DNA of 64,000 bases from Nostoc sp. (GTDB lineage Bacteria > Cyanobacteriota > Cyanobacteriia > Cyanobacteriales > Nostocaceae), in NCBI GenBank assembly GCA_036918135.1, contig JBALDB010000067.1:128001-192000 (forward strand), read 5' to 3'. Made by a program: the position numbers and the translations under genes. The notes under the pieces were generated by a model. It searched no databases, was not told where the DNA came from, and saw only the letters and a program-made list of their open reading frames with translations. Below are positions 22,064 through 31,400 of the stretch, piece by piece. The number at the start of each line of letters is the position of its first letter. Position 1 is the stretch's first letter.

Positions 22064-22143
22064 ATATCAAGTTCGGATAATCACTTATGATTCAAAACTC
22101 CCTGGGTTAGTCATAATAATAAGTCTTCAACCGAACCTGATAT
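22064..22143. repeat. Short inverted-repeat element with ~25-bp imperfect arms
   Basis: atatcaagttcggataatcacttat versus the reverse complement of ataagtcttcaaccgaacctgatat. Confidence 0.6.
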
Positions 22144-22164
22144 AAATATGCAACTCCAATGCGT

Positions 22165-22392
22165 TTATAATTTACCCTCAGCAACTTGTTCCATTTTTTT
22201 GCGAAGACTAAGCGGTCTCATATCAGTCCAAACTTCTTTAATGTAATCTAGGCATTCTTGCTTTAAACCACTTTTGCCAGCATCCTTCCAGCCGAGTGCG
22301 TTTTCTCGGTCGGCTGGCCAAATGGAATACTGTTCTTCATGATTGACTACAACTTTGTAAATTGTTGTGTCTTCTTTGTCGTCTTGATACAT
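22165..22392 (-). CDS. MbtH-like NRPS accessory protein
   Basis: [13 protein letters not shown]...GW...[17 protein letters not shown]. Confidence 0.96.
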   Translation of the reverse strand: MYQDDKEDTTIYKVVVNHEEQYSIWPADRENALGWKDAGKSGLKQECLDYIKEVWTDMRPLSLRKKMEQVAEGKL

Positions 22393-22647
22393 AATTTGTC
22401 TCCTGATTTTTAATTAACTGTAGTTTGGAAGAATTCTTGAAGAAGAATTAACAACTCAGAATCAATTACTGGTAGGTCTGAATCTGACACTAATTGTTTT
22501 GCACCAAATCTATGAATAAATGAGTATCCTCAACTAACTTATTTATTTATCATTCGCACAAAACTCAATTTATTTTTCTGGTGACTGACGCTCTTACTCT
22601 ATTTTAATAAGCAACTGCTCTACAAGAATTTACATCAGTAAATCTCA

Positions 22648-22971
22648 TTATTCCACAGGTTCAAGGTGTCCCTTACCCTCTAAAGTTGCCAGTTCAATAT
22701 CTGCAATACATCGAACTTTCACGTAATTCAATGTTAAATTCCCAACTAAATGAACTCTTCCTGTTTGATGCTCGAAGTCAGCTTCTTGTAAATTAGATGC
22801 TTCTGGGTCGAGTCTAATACCCAAATCAGTACCTCCACTGGTATTCGTGAATTTAATGTGAACATAACCTTGCTCAATACTTTCTTTGAGTGCTGTAGCT
22901 GTTTTTTCGGCTTTTAAACTTGCTTCAACAGAATGTTCTCCTTCTGACAAACGTTGCACTAATTCATTCAT
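22648..22971 (-). CDS. Small MbtH-associated protein with CBF-beta-like sequence pattern
   Basis: 107 aa, beta-rich; GYVHIKFTNT.GGTDL and LTLNYVKVRCIADIELATLEGKGHL; co-oriented upstream of MbtH. Confidence 0.75.
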   Translation of the reverse strand: MNELVQRLSEGEHSVEASLKAEKTATALKESIEQGYVHIKFTNTSGGTDLGIRLDPEASNLQEADFEHQTGRVHLVGNLTLNYVKVRCIADIELATLEGKGHLEPVE

Positions 22972-23360
22972 ATTATGTCTGTCCTTTAAGAATAATTTTT
23001 GTTTTGATTTATTGAAGGTTGTACTTTTACTTATTTGAAAACTGGAATTGAAAATGCCAGGGTCTTATTACAAAACTCTTGCTAGTTATGAGTTATATTA
23101 TCAAAAATAATACTTTCATCTTTGTAAATTCCATCTTTAACTATGTAATTTTATTACAAATTAATAAAATTATCATTAGTTAACTTTCTACTAATTTTAA
23201 CTTCTTTCCTTTCAACTGACTTATATTTTCAGCACACTCCATCCACAGATTGAACTCACGTAATTTTTTAAAAGAGTAACCTTTGTAATACTTTACGATT
23301 GTTGGCATAGTAATACCTCAGTTGGCATTCTTTTCGGAAGCGATGTTATCAAGCTGTGTT

Positions 23361-24086
23361 TTAATATTTCAACAAAATTGGCATAATTGGTCGTGCATCA
23401 AGAATTTTTTTTCTTATACCTTCATCAAAGGTCAACTCTAACAGTGGAGATTCCCCTCGTTCGATAGTTACAGCACTATGTGTACAAACTAAAGATATAG
23501 CATCAGTCAAATCTCTGTCGCTATTAATTGTAATTTTTACGTTCGTTAGCTTTTTGACACCCAAAGGATGAGAAATTAACTGCTGATGTGCTGTTAATGA
23601 GGGATCGAGCCAAGCTGTTAGAGCAATACAATCAGGAATTATAAAGCAAAAAGGCTCTTGGTGATTCACAAGATTTTCTGTGGCAAAACTAATTGAAATC
23701 TGGGATGGTATCCACTCAGCTGAGTCTAAAGTTGAATGGGATACCAAGTTGGTTCGATCTGACTTCTTACGTAGACCGATACCGAAGGGTGATATTCCTG
23801 TATCCTGCCCCTGAAGGCGAGTTAGTATGTGAATGCCTGTTTGCACAGACTGCTGTTCTACTAAATGTTTATCTTCTATCCAAATTAACTCCAGATAGGT
23901 ATTCTCAAAAAAAATTATTTTTGAGGCTGTTCCTTGTTTGACATGTTGTACCGAGTCATTGGAACAGTGAAGACCAAGTTGTTCAAGAATTGAAATAGTT
24001 TCAGCGTTTTTTGTCGTACAGACAAAAATGTGATCTACCTCTAGAAAATAATCATCCACCCTTACCTGGGGTGACGTTGTTTGCAT
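23361..24086 (-). CDS. VOC/glyoxalase-like domain protein
   Basis: DHIFV, GTASKIIFFENTYLELIW, PFGIGLR, HPLGVKKLT. Confidence 0.75.
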   Translation of the reverse strand: MQTTSPQVRVDDYFLEVDHIFVCTTKNAETISILEQLGLHCSNDSVQHVKQGTASKIIFFENTYLELIWIEDKHLVEQQSVQTGIHILTRLQGQDTGISPFGIGLRKKSDRTNLVSHSTLDSAEWIPSQISISFATENLVNHQEPFCFIIPDCIALTAWLDPSLTAHQQLISHPLGVKKLTNVKITINSDRDLTDAISLVCTHSAVTIERGESPLLELTFDEGIRKKILDARPIMPILLKY

Positions 24087-24889
24087 AGCAATTAATTCTC
24101 AGCTTTAATTTTTATTGCTGGACTCAAATCTAGACTCTAGCTAGGTAAAGAGATTTCCCTTGCTCAGGAATCTATATGTGGAAACTTAACTCTCTGTCGT
24201 GGAGAGACACCGAAGACCCTACTAACTCAGCAAACAGGTGACGCTTGCAAGCTTGCTATCGCTAATGGAAGTTCTGCAAACGCTCTTTGCTAATCTTTCC
24301 CCATCGCTAGCAATGCAAAGCCCCAGGATGGGGTTACTTCATAGTAGTGGCTTCCCAAGACCGCGCCACTGCTAAGCTATAGCCAAAGACAGTTGAAAAG
24401 TAATTGCAACAGATGAATCTTGAAAAAGCTTATTGACTAATTTTTTCACAATCAAAAATCCCAAATTCCAAATCCTAAATGATGCTAGAGACTACTTTCT
24501 GTAAACTATGTTTGCCTTTGATAAAGCGATTTTATTTCTATTTTAAGAGTAATAGATTACTAGACACTTAAGTCTAACCATACACAATTTTAGTATTATA
24601 AACTACTTTTATTCATTCTCATTGTCAATAAATAAAGTTCGGTAGCTCGAAAAGTTTGACAAGCTAGGGAAAGAATCAAGTTTTGTGCTGATGTTTTTAG
24701 AACTAGTAATCATCAATGGTTGTAATGGTGTAAAGCGTCTGCAATATGCGATCGCTATTGACTCAATCCATAACAAAATTAGTCAAAAGGTAGATTTTAA
24801 GCTGCTCTTAGGAGATTGTATTCCCCATTTTTAGTAAAGGGCTGGTAAGACCTTGAAAAAACTTTTTTGAGCTACTGAATTTATTTAAT

Positions 24890-24908
24890 AATAAAGATTA
24901 TCATTTAG
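24890..24908. promoter_or_regulatory. Fur-box-like site in the divergent intergenic region
   Basis: aataaagattatcatttag matches GATAATGATAATCATTATC at 13/19; the AT-rich background weakens this. Confidence 0.35.
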
Positions 24909-25290
24909 TCAAGAAAATATCAAGCGACTTACTTCAAATCTTCGCCGATAGTTTGTAGTTCTTACAGCAGATTAGTTATTCTTGTCTGAAAACCATATCT
25001 CTAGCATTAGATATGGGGAATGGGGAGCAGTCAAGCAGGAACTCCTAACGCTGACTTAAGTAAACAAGAGCAGGGGGGCACAGATGAAGAAAAAAATTCC
25101 TAACTCCCTCTGCCCTATGTATGCCCCAAGCATCAGGGCGACTGTTCCTTACCCAGAAGTGGCGCTTTCAATTGATTTATTTCTACATTTAGAGGTATGA
25201 CAAAAGCAGTTAAATTTAAACTCTCACAGATAAAAATTAATTGATGATTGATTATAATAAATTTTATGTAGAAGGTAGTCTATATAAATT

Positions 25291-26277
25291 GTGAGTAAGT
25301 TAAAAAAACAGAGCCAAGTAGTCACTGGTTTTGACTATGAAATCTTGGATTCTGAACAACGTATTGTTATTCAACAGCGAACTGGAGAAATTAAAGAGCG
25401 CTTACGGCGGTCAGCACAAGATATTTGGGAAATTGGTCACAAACTAGCCGAGGTGCGTTCTCAACTCAAACATGGACAGTTTGAGACTTGGCTCAAAGCT
25501 GAGTTTGGTTGGAGCCGACGCACAGCTTACAATTTTATTAATGTTTATGAAACATTAGCTGAACGTGCAAATCTTGCACAAATAAATATTGCTACATCTG
25601 CGCTCTATCTTTTGGCAGCACCATCAACTCCACAAAACGTCCGCGAGGAACTTCTTCAACGCGCTCATGAAGGCGAAACCATAACTCATAAGAGTATTCG
25701 TCAAGTAATTGACTCAGAAAAATCAAAGTCTGCTCCTGCTTCGTCTGAGCTACCACAGCCTCTTATTTCTAAGCCAGAGATTGTCAGTGTAATTCCCAAG
25801 CAGGCACTTAAAGCTGAAACACCAGATTTAGAAGTTACTGTAGTAAAGACTACCTCAGTTTCGCCTGTTGTTGTGAATCACGATCGAATTGGATCGGGTT
25901 GGTTTTTACTCCAAAAGCAACATTTTGTGTTCTGTGGGGATACAGCTTCACCACAATTCATCGAACGCATACCCTTTGCTGCTCTTGCTATTGCCATTAC
26001 CTCTGATGACTGGGATCACGATTGGTTAGTTGAACGAGCCAAGAGTGTGATTATCTTTGGGGAATCTGATTTAAAAGACCAACTCATTGAACAGCTAATC
26101 AAGATGTTTTCGGTATCTGGGGATATAGTAATTTTCCCCTGGCTACCAAATGGGGATGCGATCGAAATAGCTCATCAATTAAATAGGCGAGTATTTGCAG
26201 GAGATCCGAGTATTGAGCGTTGTCGTCGAGCGATCGCCCAATCTGGATTAAAATCTGAACCATTAGATTACTCTTAG
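25291..26277 (+). CDS. DUF3102-domain protein with degenerate DNA-methyltransferase-like C-terminus (copy 1)
   Basis: AQDIWEIGHKLAEVRSQLKHGQFETWLKAEFGWSRRTAYNFINVYE; C-terminal HFVFCGDT...GDIVIFPW...AHQLNRR; GTG start. Confidence 0.8.
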   Translation: MSKLKKQSQVVTGFDYEILDSEQRIVIQQRTGEIKERLRRSAQDIWEIGHKLAEVRSQLKHGQFETWLKAEFGWSRRTAYNFINVYETLAERANLAQINIATSALYLLAAPSTPQNVREELLQRAHEGETITHKSIRQVIDSEKSKSAPASSELPQPLISKPEIVSVIPKQALKAETPDLEVTVVKTTSVSPVVVNHDRIGSGWFLLQKQHFVFCGDTASPQFIERIPFAALAIAITSDDWDHDWLVERAKSVIIFGESDLKDQLIEQLIKMFSVSGDIVIFPWLPNGDAIEIAHQLNRRVFAGDPSIERCRRAIAQSGLKSEPLDYS

Positions 26278-26839
26278 ATGATTGAATGTTCCGATCCCAA
26301 TCCCCGAAACAATTTTTCTTCTAAAGTAGTTAAATAAGGTCGGTTGAGTATTTCCTAAAGAATCCAAACACTTTTGAATCGATTCTACCAACGCACTGAA
26401 ATATATCTTAACTAATGCGCTCGCTGATTTGTTGTATTTGCTAATATTCCGAAGGTGAGTAATCGTAAGACTTGAGACGAATCGAATCATGTACTCTCCA
26501 TTCTAAAGCCTTATGGTGCTAAGCGAAATTATTGATTTGGCTGACTAACTCATCCTTGCCCTTGAGTTCGAGATTGTTCTGAGCAATAATTTGGCAAAGT
26601 CTGCTAGCATTGGCAAAAATATTTGGGAAAAATCCGAAAAGCATCAACCTCAGTTTGTAGATTAATTTTAAAACAATACTTATCACCCCATTTTGGTATC
26701 ATTTGTAGAAATTTTTCGCGCATTCCCCGGAACTTCGTTATGATTGAAATATTTTTTAGCGATCGCCTTACTGGATGCTATGCACAATCAAGACAATAAT
26801 TGGCTATGAGAAATTTTTTGTAAATAATCTATATAAATT

Positions 26840-27832
26840 GTGAGCAAGTTAAAAAAACAGAGCCAAGTAGTCACTGGTTTTGACTATGAAATCTTGGATT
26901 CTGAACAACGTATTGTTATTCAACAGCGAACTGGAGAAATTAAAGAGCGCTTACGGCGCTCAGCACAGGATATTTGGGAAATTGGTCACAAACTAGCCGA
27001 AGTACGTTCTCAACTCAAACATGGACAGTTTGAGACTTGGCTCAAAGCTGAGTTTGGTTGGAGCCGACGTACAGCTTACAATTTTATTAATGTTTATGAA
27101 GCATTGGCTGAACCTGCAAGTCTTGCACAAATAAATATTGCTACATCTGCGCTCTATCTTTTGGCAGCACCATCAACTCCACAAAACGTCCGCGAGGAAA
27201 TTCTCCAACGCGCTCATGAAGGTAAAACCATAACTTATGAGACTATTCGTCAAGAAATTGAGTCAGAAAAGTCGAAGTCTATCTCTACTCTTGCTTTACC
27301 TGAGCTACCACAGCCTCTTATTTCTAAGCCAGAGATTGTAAACGGGCTTACGAAGCAGGCGCTTAAAGTTGAAACACCAGCTTTAGAAGTTACTCTAGCA
27401 AAGCCATCTTTGGTATCACCTGTTATTGTGAATCCCCATCGAATTGGGTCGGGTTGGTTTTTACTCCAAAAGCAACATTTTGTATTTTGTGGGGATACAG
27501 CTTCACCACAATTCATCGAACGCATACCCTTTGCTGCTCTTGCTATTGCCATTACCTCTGATGACTGGGATCACGATTGGTTAGTTGAACGAGCCAAGAG
27601 TGTGATTATCTTTGGGGAATCTGATTTAAAAGACCAACTGATCGAACAGCTAATCAAGATGTTTTCGGTATCTGGGGATATAGTGATTTTCCCCTGGCTA
27701 CCAAATGGGGATGCGATCGGAATAGCTCATCAATTAAATAGGCGAGTATTTGCAGGAGATCCGAGTATTGAGCGTTGTCGTCGAGCGATCGCCCAATCTG
27801 GATTAAAATCTGAGCCATTAGATTACTCTTAA
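26840..27832 (+). CDS. DUF3102-domain protein with degenerate DNA-methyltransferase-like C-terminus (copy 2)
   Basis: Paralog of 25291..26277 with near-identical N- and C-terminal thirds and a divergent middle. Confidence 0.8.
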   Translation: MSKLKKQSQVVTGFDYEILDSEQRIVIQQRTGEIKERLRRSAQDIWEIGHKLAEVRSQLKHGQFETWLKAEFGWSRRTAYNFINVYEALAEPASLAQINIATSALYLLAAPSTPQNVREEILQRAHEGKTITYETIRQEIESEKSKSISTLALPELPQPLISKPEIVNGLTKQALKVETPALEVTLAKPSLVSPVIVNPHRIGSGWFLLQKQHFVFCGDTASPQFIERIPFAALAIAITSDDWDHDWLVERAKSVIIFGESDLKDQLIEQLIKMFSVSGDIVIFPWLPNGDAIGIAHQLNRRVFAGDPSIERCRRAIAQSGLKSEPLDYS

Positions 27833-28416
27833 ACTACAGAATTTCTATCTTCAGCCAAATCAGGTCGTTGAAAGTACTCGATTTCCAGTCGTTGATACCT
27901 CTCCAAAGTAATAAATTATTTTATTAGATAGTCTAAAATCACACATCTTTCAGATATCGATAATTATTAGCTATTAATACAGGATTGCCAAACGCCACAA
28001 TCCCTTGTAATGTAAGAAAGTCTAAATGAAAATAACTAGCAATATCAAAGCTTGCATGGCTGACTTACTAATTTTGTCCTATCTTCCCTAAAGCAACATT
28101 GAGGTTTGTTGTTCGAGTTTTTCCAATTGAATTAAATACAGTAGATTTCAAAGTGAAGTACGCAAGCTGAGTCTGGTAGCCAGGAATAAAGCGTATTTTA
28201 CTTGTAAATTTTAAATTCTGACTCTTGAATTCTGCTGTAATTCTGTAAAGGCAGCACTTTGAGCAATCAAAAGGTATATGTGTTTAAGGTTTGCTGTATT
28301 TAAGTCGGTCTTTAAACTAAGATTCTCACAACAACTGACTTAAACACTTGTTTAGCAAGAGTGAGTATGACGTTAATACCAGTATTTACCTGCATCCGAT
28401 CGCCTGAGGCATAATA

Positions 28417-31400
28417 ATGACTCAAATTATCAATAAATTTTCCCAAACTCCCCCTCAGCGTGCAACCATTGTTGATATTCTGCGCGATCGCAGTCTTAAG
28501 ATGCCGCATACACAAGCCTTTACTTTCCTAGAAGATGGAGAAACAATAGAATTAACGCTGACTTACCAGGAATTGGATCGGCGCAGTCGGGCTGTAGGCG
28601 CTCAATTGCAAGCTCTGGGTTTGAGTGGGGAACGTGCCATATTACTGTATCCTCCTGGACTTGATTACTTAATAGCGTTTTTCGGTTGTCTATATGCTGG
28701 GGTTGTGGCGGTTCCAGCTTATCCACCTCGCAATCAACGTAATACGCCCAGAATACAAGCGATTACTATAGATGCACAGGCAAGCATTGCTCTGACTACA
28801 ACAGCAATGCTCCCCGCATTACAATCAATAGTCATACCACAAACAAAACAGGGAAATTTTCGCTGGCTGACAACTGACAACATAGCACAGGGTCTAGAAG
28901 ATTCTTGGAAACAATCTGCAATCAATGGGGATACCTTAGCTTTTCTGCAATATACATCGGGTTCTACAGGCACACCAAAGGGAGTCATGCTCACTCATGG
29001 TAACTTGCTGCACAATGCCGCAGTAACTTACCAAATGATGGAACATTCACCCAACAGCAAGTTTGTCTCCTGGCTACCTGTTTACCATGATATGGGACTG
29101 ATTGGTGGGATTTTGCAACCTTTGTATGGAGGGTTTGGTTGCATCTTAATGTCGCCAGCAGCTTTTTTACAACGACCTTACCGCTGGTTACAAGCGATTT
29201 CCCGCTACAAAGGCACTACAAGCGGCGGCCCTAACTTTGCTTATCAACAGTGTATTCAAAGGATTACTAGTCAACAAAAAGAAACTCTCGACTTAAGTAG
29301 TTGGAGTGTTGCGTTTAATGGTGCCGAACCAGTCCGACAAGAGACTCTTGAGCAATTTGCAACCACCTTTGCAGAGTGTGGCTTTCGTCCAGAGGCGTTT
29401 TACCCTTGTTATGGTATGGCGGAAGCAACTTTGATAGTTTCTGGTGGAAGCAAAACAGCTTTAGCTCAAGTAAAAACCGTAGAGAAATCTGCGCTTTCAC
29501 ACAATCAAATAGTTGAAGCTACTACCCATCAAGATATCCAAAGCTTTGTCAGTTGCGGTAAAGCAATTCCTCAACAAGAAATTGTGATTGTTAATCCCGA
29601 ATTAACTCGCTGTTCATCAGATGAAGTTGGCGAAATTTGGGTATCTGGCCCCTGTGTTGGTCAAGGTTATTGGAATCGAACAGAAGAAACAAAGGAAACA
29701 TTCCATGCCTATCTCAAAGATACAGGAGAGGGGCCATTTTTACGGACTGGTGACTTAGGCTTTTTGCATAATCGTGAGCTTTTCATTACAGGTAGAGTAA
29801 AAGATTTAATTATTATTCGTGGTAGAAATATTTATCCCCAAGATATAGAATTAAGTGCCCAACGCAGTCATTCATCCTTACGTTCCGGTGCTAATGCTGC
29901 ATTTACAGTAGAAGTTAATAACGAAGAAAGGCTAGTACTTGTACAAGAATTAGAGTTTCGTGCCAAACCAAATTTAGCAGAAGTAGCTCGTGCAATTCGG
30001 CAAGCTATTACTGAAGAACATGAAGTACAAATTTATGCAGTGGTTTTAATTAAACCAGGTACTATACCCAAAACTTCCAGTGGTAAGATTCAACGTCGTG
30101 CAACTCGTACTCAGTTTCAAAATGATGAACTGAATATAGTTGAAAGTGACATTCTCAAGATTAGTGATATTACCAGAAAACCAACTCAATTACAGCGTTC
30201 TGAACTATTAACGCTTTCTCCAAGGGAGTGTCAACCAGTTTTAAAATCATATCTGATTGAACTTTTGGCGGGAGTACTTTCCATCGCACCGGATAATATC
30301 AATCCTCAAGAACCATTAAGCACGCTGGGACTCGATTCTTTAAAAGTATTTGAGTTAAAAAACCGGATTGAGATTGATTTAGAAGTAGAAGTATCGGTAG
30401 CAGACTTCTTTGAAGGAATGAATACGCTTGGGCTTGTCACCAAGCTCCTGGCTCAAATAACCACAGCTGCACTACCGTCATTATCCCTCACCCAAATAGA
30501 AAAAAACACATCTATTCATCCTCTATCTTTTGCTCAGCAGGGATTGTGGTTTATCAATCAACTAAATCCAGATACTCCTACATATAATATTCCTATAGTT
30601 ATTAACTTCAAAGGTTGGATTAATTTAGCAGCCTTACAAGATAGTCTCAATGAGATTGTGAGACGACACGAAGTCTTACGCACAAGCTTTACAGTGGTGG
30701 ATGGACAACCCGTCCAAGTTATCAATCAAGCTGTACCTTTAACTTTGCAGTTTGAAGATTTACGTTCACAAAGTGACTCCTACGGAGTCTCGCTGAACAC
30801 AAACGAACGCACCCAAGAAGCCCAACGTTTAGCTAGAGAATTCGCACAGCAGCCATTTGACTTATCTGCTCAATCGCTTTTGCGTACTAAAATTTTACAA
30901 TTAAATGAAAAAAGTTATCAATTGCTTGTGACTCTGCATCATATAATTGCAGATGGTTGGTCTATCGGTATTCTAATTAAAGAACTAGCTGCATTATATG
31001 AAGCATTCTCCACAGGTAAACTTTCTCTGCGAGACGCTACGCGAACACCACTTCCGGAACTACCCATTCAGTATCGAGATTTTGTCAATTGGCAACGAAA
31101 ATTTCTTGATTCAGAACGCATCCATCGCTTATTGACTTATTGGAAACAAAAGTTGCAGGGTGAGCTACCTGTACTAAATTTACCAACTGACCGACCGCGA
31201 CAGCCTTTTACTACATTCAACGGCGCTCAAGCAAAATTAGTTCTTTCTCAAACTCTGACCAAAGAGCTAAAGAATTTAAGTCGTCAGCAGGGAGTAACTC
31301 TATTTATGACCTTGCTTACAGCATTTAAAACCTTGCTGTATCGCTATACAGGTCAGACTGATATTTTAGTCGGTTCGCCAATTGCCAATCGTAACAAAGC

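Noticed and set aside
23162..23180. Fur box upstream of the MbtH pair
   Set aside because: Only 11/19 match in very AT-rich DNA
26263..26490. 75-aa minus-strand ORF
   Set aside because: Overlaps the DUF3102 stop and has no motif support
25291..27832. Prophage or active restriction-modification system
   Set aside because: No integrase, structural or restriction genes nearby, and the methylase catalytic and SAM motifs are absent
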